DNA of 64,000 nucleotides from Halobacteriovoraceae bacterium (GTDB lineage Bacteria > Bdellovibrionota > Bacteriovoracia > Bacteriovoracales > Bacteriovoracaceae): contig CAVRCF010000005.1 in assembly GCA_963719505.1 (NCBI GenBank), positions 384,001 through 448,000 of the forward strand. The letters are read 5' to 3'. The stretch's first letter is position 1, and each line of letters begins with the position of its first letter. The notes under the pieces are model-generated. The model did no database searches and was not told where the DNA came from. It saw only the letters and a list, made by a program, of their open reading frames with translations. The position numbers were made by a program, and so were the translations under genes. Below are positions 1-8,943 of this stretch, piece after piece.

Positions 1-300
1 AAGAAGAAGATAGACCAAAAAACCAATGGCATATTTAGGATTAATAACAGAGAGGATGATGAGAACACTGAACTCAATTGAAAAGAAAAAACCTTCCTCC
101 CCCCAAGTCCCTAAAAAATTGATAAAAAGGCCACCTGCGAGAACGGGAAAAAGAAGCAAGAGAAATTTCTTGGAGTTGTTTGACCAATTCTCTTTTATAC
201 CAGGACCATCTATGACGACAAAAAATGTTGTAAAAGAAAGAAGCAGCAAGCCCAGAAAGACTTGATGCGTATTAATAATAAGAAGATCAAAGTTTTCCAT
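1..300 (-). CDS. Partial (runs off window) polytopic membrane protein, probably Wzy/O-antigen-ligase-like polymerase
   Basis: Manual translation from ATG at 300: MENFDLLIINTHQVFLGLLLLSFTTFFVV...AIGFLVYLLL, open to position 1 and very hydrophobic; starts 2 nt after the co-polymerase stop. Confidence 0.55.
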   Translation of the reverse strand, partial: MENFDLLIINTHQVFLGLLLLSFTTFFVVIDGPGIKENWSNNSKKFLLLLFPVLAGGLFINFLGTWGEEGFFFSIEFSVLIILSVINPKYAIGFLVYLLL

Positions 301-302
301 CT

Positions 303-1460
303 TTAAGTTAAGCTATTTTCTTCTAAACTTTTGTCTATAGATTTTTGACTATAACCTTTTGCAAGCTTTGGTAAGGATCCTAGATCCACAGCCCCAAATT
401 TCTCAGCACATAAAGAGACGGCTTGTGATTGAGTTGGGATCATGATCTCTTTATAAAAAACATAAATAAAAGCAAATACTAAACCTAGAAGAAAGCCAAC
501 ACTTGCAAAAAGTCTTTTCTTTGGCCAAATAGGTGCCGTAGGAAGATTGGGCTTTTGTATGATTCCAATATAAGAATCAAGAGATCTTTTTTCAATATCC
601 AGAGCAATATTAAAGTCATGATATTTTGTATAAAAAGTTGAAGAAATTTTAGCTGAAACTTCTTTATTTGAATTAAGTGATATTGATGCATCAACCGCAT
701 CATTACTAAAGCCTTCATCTTCAAATTCTTTAAGCCATGATTTAATCGTATACCTTTTTTCTTTCAGAGCTAGAATTTTTGGATGATTGTCTTTATATTG
801 CTTTTTTAAAGCAGCTATAGAAGTGTTTAGCTTATTTAATTCAGCATTGAGAACTTCAGGGTTCTTTGAGACAAGGGCACTATCGGCACCTTTTCTATTG
901 GCCGTCTGAGTTGCGTTAAAAGAAGTAAGTCTTCTAACCATTATTCCCTTTACCATCTCAATAGTATTTATTCTCGATTGAATAAAGTGACCTTTTACAA
1001 GGTCTAATGTTTTAGAGGCAATCTCTTTTGCGATAAAAGGATCACTGTGGATAAAACTGACCTTATAGCTTTGACCACCAGTTGAATAGTATTTGAATCT
1101 ATCTCTTAAGAACTGTCGCTCTTTCGCTTTTACACTTTCGTCTTCAGAACCAGAATAGAGATTATAATCTTTTCCAATTTGATCGATGAAATCATCTGAG
1201 ATGGCCTCTTTAACCATTGAATCGATTGTAAATCTCATTTCGGGGACATTAAAAACCGAAGGAATAATGCCAGAAATAAGTGGATTTTGAAAATACTTAG
1301 AGTAAACATTTATTTCAAAATCTGCTTGATACTTCTTTTTCATCATTTGAGTAAGACTAATACTAAAGGCCAAACACAGAACGACGATAATACTCATTCT
1401 CCAGAAGTACTTGACAACTATATTTACAAGATCTCTTATAAAGACTTTATCATTGCTCAT
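303..1460 (-). CDS. Polysaccharide co-polymerase (Wzz/GumC/Wzc N-terminal type)
   Basis: N- and C-terminal TM helices, periplasmic coiled coil, YKDNHPKI motif, Pro-rich PxxPxxPxK before TM2. Confidence 0.85.
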   Translation of the reverse strand: MSNDKVFIRDLVNIVVKYFWRMSIIVVLCLAFSISLTQMMKKKYQADFEINVYSKYFQNPLISGIIPSVFNVPEMRFTIDSMVKEAISDDFIDQIGKDYNLYSGSEDESVKAKERQFLRDRFKYYSTGGQSYKVSFIHSDPFIAKEIASKTLDLVKGHFIQSRINTIEMVKGIMVRRLTSFNATQTANRKGADSALVSKNPEVLNAELNKLNTSIAALKKQYKDNHPKILALKEKRYTIKSWLKEFEDEGFSNDAVDASISLNSNKEVSAKISSTFYTKYHDFNIALDIEKRSLDSYIGIIQKPNLPTAPIWPKKRLFASVGFLLGLVFAFIYVFYKEIMIPTQSQAVSLCAEKFGAVDLGSLPKLAKGYSQKSIDKSLEENSLT

Positions 1461-1990
1461 TATCTTGCCTCATTATATAGAACACCAACGACTGGTATAT
1501 CGAGATCACCATAGTAATCTCCGATTACTTCTTCTTTTAAATCTGCAGATTTTTTTGATTTTATCAATATAGCCCCATCAATTTTAATTGCAGGTAAAAC
1601 GCCAGGGTTACAAGAATCCTGATCAGTATTTATAAAGATAACATCATAGAAATCTCTACTATCATCTAATCCGATCGAATTATGATTTTTATTTGCCGAT
1701 ATATAGTCGACACCTTTGAAAGAGGATTTCGTGATACTGGAATCCTTTAAATCCACTCCTAAAAGTTTATCAAGGTTATCAAAACTGTCGGTACAATCTA
1801 TAATCAATACTCTTTTCTTGTAAAGAGAGTTGAGAATGGGAGAAACGCTTGAGATGAAAGTAGACTTACCCTCGCCTTTAAAATCAGAGATAACGACCAA
1901 ACTCTTAACCTCTCTGGAGGCCAACAAGTAATTAAGATTGGTAGCAATCTTTTCTAATTTAATCATTTGCTCATTCGAATCTTTAAACAT
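1460..1990 (-). CDS. Stand-alone BY-kinase-like P-loop protein (CpsD/CapB-like), short and degenerate
   Basis: Walker A SDFKGEGKST, A' VLIIDC, C-terminal VVGVLYN; stop overlaps the co-polymerase start. Confidence 0.75.
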   Translation of the reverse strand: MFKDSNEQMIKLEKIATNLNYLLASREVKSLVVISDFKGEGKSTFISSVSPILNSLYKKRVLIIDCTDSFDNLDKLLGVDLKDSSITKSSFKGVDYISANKNHNSIGLDDSRDFYDVIFINTDQDSCNPGVLPAIKIDGAILIKSKKSADLKEEVIGDYYGDLDIPVVGVLYNEAR

Positions 1991-2098
1991 TCTTCGCCTC
2001 AGTGTTAGTTTTAAAGTCTACTGTCTAAATTTTAGACAATATTGAAAACGCTATTTAGCTGAAATTACTAAAAAGTATAAACGCTATATACTATATAT

Positions 2099-2115
2099 AG
2101 CGAATAAGATGCCAA
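2099..2115 (-). promoter_or_regulatory. Sigma54 (-24/-12) promoter of the polysaccharide operon
   Basis: Minus strand TTGGCATCTTATTCGCT = GG-N10-GC, about 110 nt upstream of ATG 1990. Confidence 0.55.
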
Positions 2116-2141
2116 AAAAAAGCCCCCACAGTGTGGAGGCT
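2113..2141 (-). terminator. Rho-independent terminator of the TolC-like operon
   Basis: Minus strand AGCCTCCAC-ACT-GTGGGGGCT followed by a T run. Confidence 0.8.
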
Positions 2142-2167
2142 TAAATATCTTTATAAAAATGTCATAA

Positions 2168-3424
2168 CTACTTTGTAAAACTTGCCTCTACAGCTGTTGG
2201 GCGCTTGATTGAGTAAGAATACCCACTCCATACCATCTGCCCATCTACTTCTCTCAAGGAAACAATAAGCTTCATTGTCGAGTTATGAGTCAGTGAAAGA
2301 ACTCCATTTTCAGGAAAGAACTTTCCTTTATAGTCTTTTTTAACAGATCCGCTCTCGTTTCTGAGAGTTGCCGAGTAAACACCTGGAAGAAAGCTTTTTA
2401 CTGTAAGAGTCACGTTCATAGAGCCAACAGTTCCTTTGAAAGTTCCGATAGCATCATTCTCTGTTAGAACGATTGGAGTCTCTCCAGCAAAAACTGATCT
2501 CGTAGAAAAAGTCTGATTACCAGAGAAGCTAATTGTTGAATCCGTTGTCGTCAACTGACCTGAAATAGCACCTGTTTCTCTATCAAGTTCAAATGAGAAC
2601 TCTTTAGATGTTTGAGAGCTTGAGATTGATTTACTTGAAAGAATATTTCCAGCAAGAGCCACATCATCAAAAGAAAAAGAAGCTCTTCTGAATTGGGAAT
2701 TGTAAAAAATGACAACTAAGTTTTGGTCAGCAGATGAATCTAGCACTGCAATCTTATCAAAAGGAAGGATCCCTTGAGTTACACCAGTGATCATAGAGCT
2801 AACATTGTAAACACCCTCGTGAGCTGGATCAAGTGCCGTAAGTTTGATAGTAATTTTACTAACAAGACTTCCAGCTGCTCTTGGAATCCATGATTCGTCA
2901 CCAAGCATTACAGAGTGTGCTTTTGCATTTTGCGAAAACTTAACAAGGGCATTTAAATCATCGATTGACTCAATAGACTCAACTTTTTTAGACCAAAATT
3001 CTATAATTTCGAATCTTTTTTGTGCCGATGTGATTTGAGTAAAATAAGAAGAAAGTGCAGCTGCATTAATGTCCGAGTATTTTGCAAGACCCATAATCAT
3101 AGCGTTTGTAAGATTGTTTGACTCTCTTACAACCCAGTCAGCATCGTTTTGAGCTACTGATAAAGCCTTTGTCTCTTTAGATGCGACTAAGAGATTTTCT
3201 AGAATTTCTAGCTTATCAGACTCTCCATAAGTCGATAGCATCTTGTTAACGTAGTTATAACGACGGTCTTCATTGAAGCTTTTTAATGCCTCGATCGTTG
3301 CGGATACGTCACAAACTGGAACTCCACATTCATTTACACCATCATCTAGAGGGCCAGCTAAAGCTGCTCCACTTAACATAAATGTTGCTACTGCAAAAAC
3401 ATTTAATACTTTTTTCGTTAACAT
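2168..3424 (-). CDS. Secreted hypothetical protein (two helical repeats, then beta-rich domains)
   Basis: Signal peptide ending ALA; repeats NDADWVVRES / GDESWIPRAA; AGGAG RBS. Confidence 0.8.
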   Translation of the reverse strand: MLTKKVLNVFAVATFMLSGAALAGPLDDGVNECGVPVCDVSATIEALKSFNEDRRYNYVNKMLSTYGESDKLEILENLLVASKETKALSVAQNDADWVVRESNNLTNAMIMGLAKYSDINAAALSSYFTQITSAQKRFEIIEFWSKKVESIESIDDLNALVKFSQNAKAHSVMLGDESWIPRAAGSLVSKITIKLTALDPAHEGVYNVSSMITGVTQGILPFDKIAVLDSSADQNLVVIFYNSQFRRASFSFDDVALAGNILSSKSISSSQTSKEFSFELDRETGAISGQLTTTDSTISFSGNQTFSTRSVFAGETPIVLTENDAIGTFKGTVGSMNVTLTVKSFLPGVYSATLRNESGSVKKDYKGKFFPENGVLSLTHNSTMKLIVSLREVDGQMVWSGYSYSIKRPTAVEASFTK

Positions 3425-3439
3425 TATATTCTCCTTAAA

Positions 3440-4924
3440 TTATTTAATATCGATTTCTTTAGTAATTACTTCACCATTTGTCATCGTTACGATAGCCGTT
3501 CCTACAACTTGGGTGTTATTTAATCTTGTTCTCAATGATAATCTATAATTATTATTTGAGTTGGAAATAGTTTGTTCTTTGAAAATATTTCTATCAAAGA
3601 TATATTTTACACTCTCAATATCTACCAGCTCATTTGAAGCCATCACTTCAAGTGTAATATTTCTTTTGTTTCTGTCGATTTTAAGCTCAGCAGAAGTGTC
3701 TTTATAGACTTGACTCTCAACTGTTCCTAGAACCAATCTTTCAAGATCATCCTTCTTAATAAGCGCATCGTAGTGAGTTCTCACTAACGCTCTAAGGTCT
3801 CCTAAAAGGAGTCTTCCAGAGCCAATAACTTTAGATAAGGTATTTTGGCCAACATCAAACTGCTCAATATCACCAGTAACGATATTTCTTGTTGTTTGGT
3901 AAAGCGCATAGTCTTCTTTAAAGATTCCAATAAAATTCTCAAGACTTGAATAGCTGGTCTTAACTGAGTTTCTTACGTTTGTTTCAGTCAGTTCTCTTCT
4001 TAGCTTAGACTCCGTTATTTGAGAGCTTGAAAACCTCACTCTTGATCCATAACCAAAACCAATTCCAGAGAATGAAAGAATTGACCACTGAACTGATCTT
4101 CTATTTGAAAAAGAGGCTCTAACAACCCAGTCTGCTGCCTTAATTTCATTTGATCTATTTACAGCGACATTCTCCATTTGCTCAAAATCCATTCCAATAT
4201 TTGAGTAATCTAAAAAATCCCCAACTGGCTGAAGTGTAATTGGCAAACTGTCGAAATCTCTACCAATTAAAGTATTAAGAGATTTTCTAGCCGTTATAAA
4301 GAAAGATTTATATTTTAGGTAAGCATCCTTAATCGTTAAGTAACTAAGTTCTGCATTATTAATATCCGCCTGAGTGGCAAGTCCAAACTCTACTTCTTCT
4401 CTTTTTGCTTCCAAATTAGACTTTAAAAGTTCTAATTCAATTTTTGCAAGCTTAAGCAGGGCTTCTTGTTTTAAGAAGCTATAATAAATAAGAGCTGATT
4501 GGTTTTTGATATTGGCTTTAACAACTTCAACTATGTAGGCCTGAGATGTTCTTAAATGCTTTTGTCTTTGTACAGCAAAGATCTTCGACGGAAGAGATGT
4601 AATAAGCTCTGCGAGGATTAAGTAACTAAAAGCTGATGTAAAGTACATCGCCGTCACGGTACCTACTCCATAAGGAAAATAAGCAGCACGAGCTTGTGAA
4701 ATTTGTTTTTGCGCCTGAAACAACCTTTCATAGGCAATTGCAACATCAACATTTTCATTGATAACAAGTTTTTTAAACTGTTCAAGATCAATTGCATTCT
4801 CTCTATATTCAAAGACAGATTCAGCGTCTTGAACAAGATGACTTACATTATAACGGGCAGCAAACGCTGACTGAGTCGTTATGAGTAGTGCAAGTAATAA
4901 TGATTTTAAAAATACAAACTTCAT
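3440..4924 (-). CDS. Atypical TolC/outer-membrane efflux family protein 2
   Basis: Signal peptide, two OEP-like helical repeats (ARAAYFP; FGLATQADINNAEL), C-terminal beta extension. Confidence 0.7.
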   Translation of the reverse strand: MKFVFLKSLLLALLITTQSAFAARYNVSHLVQDAESVFEYRENAIDLEQFKKLVINENVDVAIAYERLFQAQKQISQARAAYFPYGVGTVTAMYFTSAFSYLILAELITSLPSKIFAVQRQKHLRTSQAYIVEVVKANIKNQSALIYYSFLKQEALLKLAKIELELLKSNLEAKREEVEFGLATQADINNAELSYLTIKDAYLKYKSFFITARKSLNTLIGRDFDSLPITLQPVGDFLDYSNIGMDFEQMENVAVNRSNEIKAADWVVRASFSNRRSVQWSILSFSGIGFGYGSRVRFSSSQITESKLRRELTETNVRNSVKTSYSSLENFIGIFKEDYALYQTTRNIVTGDIEQFDVGQNTLSKVIGSGRLLLGDLRALVRTHYDALIKKDDLERLVLGTVESQVYKDTSAELKIDRNKRNITLEVMASNELVDIESVKYIFDRNIFKEQTISNSNNNYRLSLRTRLNNTQVVGTAIVTMTNGEVITKEIDIK

Positions 4925-4942
4925 ATTATTCCTTACTTACTT

Positions 4943-6367
4943 TTATTGACCGATAACAACAGTTTTTAGAATTTCAATACCATTGATGAGCATAATTCTT
5001 ACGTTCATCGTTTTCTCAACATCGTGTCTCTCTTTATAGACAAAAGAGAAGTTAGAATCTCTATTTTTGATAAGGTAAGGCGCATCACCTTCAATCGTGT
5101 ATTCAATAGCATAAATTTGAGATTTTAAATGTTTTTCAACATTAAAAGCTATTGCTTTTTTGTCGTATCTTCTTCTAGAAGTTAATAATTTATAGCTAAA
5201 TGTTCCTGCTTCAACAGCTTCAACATCCACAGCGTCCAAAGTCGTCTCAATTGAGATAAGCCTTTGGATTGAAGCGATGATGATTCTTTTTTCAGCATAG
5301 AGATTCTCTAATTTGATCTCTTCAGATAAAAGCGCTGTTTGTCTGTTTACAAGCTCACCGTCTGTCACAACACCAGATTGATTGAGACGCTCGTTGAATA
5401 AAGACTCTTCGGCCATGATAGCGCCAATTCTCATCTGGTTATCTATTCTTTGATTAATAATATCTAGATCCATATAAGCCGTAGATATTTGATTTCTAAT
5501 TTGATTTTCAGTCTGCTCCATACGAAGCTTGATAACTCTCGCCTTAGATTTTTCAATCGCCAAAGCAGAAGGATAGCCAAAACCAATTCCATCAAAGCTT
5601 ATAAATGACCATCTTGCAGCTTTTGTCATATCGAGAGCCGCTTTATAAAGATAAAAATTTGTCATATTTTCTGAAGCGTTATTAATAGCAATCGTTTGAG
5701 CTTCTTCAACTGTCGCCGGAATATTTTCAGCAATGACAGGAAGTCTCTCAAGGGTTAACTCTTCACTAGGGTCACGATTAAGGGCAATCATGATGGATTC
5801 TTTAAGTTTTAAGTTAAAAGATTCAATAAGGAGGATATCTTGCTGAATTCTTGCCACTCTTCTTACTGCTGTTTGGTATTCACCTTCATCGCCTTCACCT
5901 AATATAATAAGTTCACCTAGCGAATCTCTATAAGATTTTTCAATCCTATGTTGGCTCTCTAAAATAGCAATTGTAGTTTGGTTCTTTTTTATTTGGATAT
6001 AGTTCTTTGTCAGACCATCTAAAATATTAAGTCTAATTGTTACCGTATTATATTTTTCAGCTACAGCAAGATCTTTACTGGCTTGATATCTATACCAGTT
6101 TGAAGGAGTCGGAACCACACCCTGAAGAATACCGTAAGTTGTATTGAAGAAGAATAAATTAAAGCTTAACCGAGGAAGAAAGTCTCCTAGAGCAACGCCT
6201 ATATTTTTTTGTGCCTGATAATACTTTTCATATTGAATTTTAACTTCAATATTCTCTGACAAAACTTCTTGCTTAATTTGTTCTAAATTAAGAGTCTCAG
6301 CAAAAACGCTAAGAGAAGATGTAGCTAGAGCAAGTGTTAGACCGGCTTTTACTATTAAATGCTTCAT
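4943..6367 (-). CDS. Atypical TolC/outer-membrane efflux family protein 1
   Basis: Start moved to ATG 6367 (GGAG RBS, signal peptide MKHLIVK...VFA); LNLEQIKQEVLSEN and ALGDFLPRLSF OEP-like motifs. Confidence 0.75.
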   Translation of the reverse strand: MKHLIVKAGLTLALATSSLSVFAETLNLEQIKQEVLSENIEVKIQYEKYYQAQKNIGVALGDFLPRLSFNLFFFNTTYGILQGVVPTPSNWYRYQASKDLAVAEKYNTVTIRLNILDGLTKNYIQIKKNQTTIAILESQHRIEKSYRDSLGELIILGEGDEGEYQTAVRRVARIQQDILLIESFNLKLKESIMIALNRDPSEELTLERLPVIAENIPATVEEAQTIAINNASENMTNFYLYKAALDMTKAARWSFISFDGIGFGYPSALAIEKSKARVIKLRMEQTENQIRNQISTAYMDLDIINQRIDNQMRIGAIMAEESLFNERLNQSGVVTDGELVNRQTALLSEEIKLENLYAEKRIIIASIQRLISIETTLDAVDVEAVEAGTFSYKLLTSRRRYDKKAIAFNVEKHLKSQIYAIEYTIEGDAPYLIKNRDSNFSFVYKERHDVEKTMNVRIMLINGIEILKTVVIGQ

Positions 6368-6543
6368 AGGGCTCCCATTATTCATAATGTGTAACTTTCG
6401 TTCGTTAAATTTGTGATTACCGATATAATGCGTCAGGTATGTATAATAAGATACCCTTAACACCTGATCCGGAAAAAATTACACCCCTGGATGCGGGGTG
6501 CGTTATCTTTTAGCTTCTTTTATAATGGACCGAAAGGTTCATT

Positions 6544-8943
6544 ATGAAAAACTTAATTTTGTTGATACTCCTCATCGTTATTACTAGTGCCTGCGAGCAA
6601 GTCACAGAAGAAACTTCAATAGGTGCAAACCCTAGTCAAGATCAAGCTAATGATCAGAACCAGGATCCAAATACTGACCCAGACCCAGAACCTGACCCTG
6701 ACCCTGACCCCGTACCAGAAACAAGTCTTTATAAGGCCATGGGTGTTGGTGGTGGTGGGGCCATGAGTGGCTTTGCCATCAATCCCTATTCCAAATTAAG
6801 ACTTATCGGTACCGATATGGGGACTCTTTTTAGAAGCGTGGACGATGGATTGTCTTGGCAGCCAATAAACCACAACGAAGCCGTATTTAATTCACATCTG
6901 CCCCATGCGGTAAGCCCAGGATTTAGCTCCGATGGAAACACAGTTTTTCATGCCTCTAGAGGTCTAAATCCAAAAAGAAGTAAGGATAAAGCCCAGACAT
7001 TTGAGAGCATTAATATCCCATTGGGAGATGAGAGAATCATATACTGGCAAAATGATAGTTTTAATGAAAATAGAATTCTGTGTGCAACAACAAATTCTCT
7101 TTATATCTCAAATGACAAAGGCGACTCTTGGATTAAAGCCCCTTCAGTTCAAGGTGAATCTGTAGGGACTTTTATGAGTCACCTACAAACAGACACTCAT
7201 ATCTATCATGGAACTAAAGATGGAATATGGAAATCAATCGATAATGGCCAAACCTTTTCTAAAGTTTATACACCGAGTGGGTTTTCTCTTCGTTCGTTAA
7301 CCGGAGGCGAAGATCTGTCAGGCACAACCATAGCATTTTTAGACGATGACGGGGCAAGTGCTTGTTCATGGGCAGAGCCCTACAGGGATGCCTGGGGTGA
7401 TCAGTCTATAGAAGATACTTATTCAAACTGCGGGTATGTCTGGATTGGCGATTCGCAAATGAACTTCTCAAAGAACTCGCAGGAAGCTGGAAACCATTTA
7501 AAAATGGCCGAAAATGATAGTGACACCATCTACGTGACCGGCGGAAAAGAGTGGATCAAACAATATGGAACCCAAGTCCGGGTCACTCACGACAAGGGAG
7601 TCAACTGGACGTTGAGGCTTAATCAATACGACTGGGATACAGGAGGGGCTTATCTTCCTTGGCCTTCAAACCTACTTGAGTATTCCGCCGTCGCCCTTGA
7701 TATTGGTTGGTATGATGATGGTTATGAGAGCTTTGAAATTAATAAAAGAGACTCAAATCAAGTGGGTGGCTCTGGCTTCTTTTTTCTTCATACCAGCTAC
7801 GATGCAGCAGCAACTTGGAAGGCCCCTTTTACCCAATATAAAGATGTCGGTGCAAAAACTGCTGGCAAAAAATGGCAAACCCGTGGCATTGAAGTTATCT
7901 CAATTTATAGAATGAAAACCCATCCTTCTAATAATAACCTCATCTATGCAGCGACAGCTGACATAGGGGGAATGATATCTGAAGATAAGGGAGAGAGTTT
8001 TAGAATCGCGAAGGTTCAGTATAATTCTAATTACGATTATGCATTTGATAGTCACGATGACCAAGTTGTATATGCTGCATCAGGAAACTCTCACGACTGG
8101 CCCGAAGGCTGGCATGCCGATCCCATCAAGAGTGCTGGAGGAATCTACCGCTCTAATGACAGAGGATCGAATTGGACACGTCTTACCCCAACAGGTGATA
8201 TGAACAGACAGTTTCTTTCAGTGGGATACGATACCATTAATAATTTTATTTACGGAGGCTCTCATCAGACAGGAATAGTGAGAAGTACCGACAACGGATC
8301 CACTTGGGCCTATTTTAATAACGGTTTACCTGCAGGTGATAAGATTATTCCCCAAATTGAAGTAGATCCTTCAAATGGAAACGTTTATGCCCTTGTCACG
8401 GGAAATGGAAACTTTTCAAATCAAGCATCAACAGGAATTTATTTTTTAGATGTGGCCAATAATGCAAATTCTTGGTCTCTTCTTCGTGGAACTGTAAACT
8501 ACCCACCACAAGCTGATCCAGGCTACAAGGTTTGGTACTACCCCACTTCTTTCGCTGTAGACTTTAAAAGTGGTGGTCAAAACCTTTGGTTAGTCGACTA
8601 TGAAAATAATAGAAATTGGCTAATGACGGGGATATGGAAATCCACAGACAGAGGAGTGAGCTGGGATAGAGTTAAGCAGATGACTCATCCAACGACTGTG
8701 ATTGTTGATCCAACGGATTCAGATAAAGTGTATGTTGCCGGTCAGCACACACTTGATGGTTCTTGGGGCAACGGAGGTCATTACAGAACTGAAGATGGTG
8801 GAGTGACTTGGATTAAAAACGAAACCGTCACGCTCCAACAAAATGGAAGAAGTGTTATGTTGGATCCAACCGATCCTTCTAAAATATATCTTGGTTTTTT
8901 TGGCGGCGGTATCTTGTATGGACCTATTGATCCTGAAAACTAA
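6544..8943 (+). CDS. Lipoprotein with Asp-box (BNR) double beta-propeller, GH74/VPS10-like
   Basis: Lipobox ITSAC, DP linker, many SxDxGxxW Asp-boxes. Confidence 0.8.
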   Translation: MKNLILLILLIVITSACEQVTEETSIGANPSQDQANDQNQDPNTDPDPEPDPDPDPVPETSLYKAMGVGGGGAMSGFAINPYSKLRLIGTDMGTLFRSVDDGLSWQPINHNEAVFNSHLPHAVSPGFSSDGNTVFHASRGLNPKRSKDKAQTFESINIPLGDERIIYWQNDSFNENRILCATTNSLYISNDKGDSWIKAPSVQGESVGTFMSHLQTDTHIYHGTKDGIWKSIDNGQTFSKVYTPSGFSLRSLTGGEDLSGTTIAFLDDDGASACSWAEPYRDAWGDQSIEDTYSNCGYVWIGDSQMNFSKNSQEAGNHLKMAENDSDTIYVTGGKEWIKQYGTQVRVTHDKGVNWTLRLNQYDWDTGGAYLPWPSNLLEYSAVALDIGWYDDGYESFEINKRDSNQVGGSGFFFLHTSYDAAATWKAPFTQYKDVGAKTAGKKWQTRGIEVISIYRMKTHPSNNNLIYAATADIGGMISEDKGESFRIAKVQYNSNYDYAFDSHDDQVVYAASGNSHDWPEGWHADPIKSAGGIYRSNDRGSNWTRLTPTGDMNRQFLSVGYDTINNFIYGGSHQTGIVRSTDNGSTWAYFNNGLPAGDKIIPQIEVDPSNGNVYALVTGNGNFSNQASTGIYFLDVANNANSWSLLRGTVNYPPQADPGYKVWYYPTSFAVDFKSGGQNLWLVDYENNRNWLMTGIWKSTDRGVSWDRVKQMTHPTTVIVDPTDSDKVYVAGQHTLDGSWGNGGHYRTEDGGVTWIKNETVTLQQNGRSVMLDPTDPSKIYLGFFGGGILYGPIDPEN
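6661..6717 (+). repeat. (D/E)P low-complexity linker (GACCCT/GACCCA-like hexamers)
   Basis: Encodes QDPNTDPDPEPDPDPDPVP. Confidence 0.8.

Noticed and set aside
26..265. 79-aa plus-strand ORF
   Set aside because: Antisense shadow of the partial membrane-protein gene at 1..300 (-)
6520..6545. GAAA tetraloop as a c-di-GMP-I riboswitch
   Set aside because: Lacks the GGCAAAC / GACGCAAA core; kept only as generic structure
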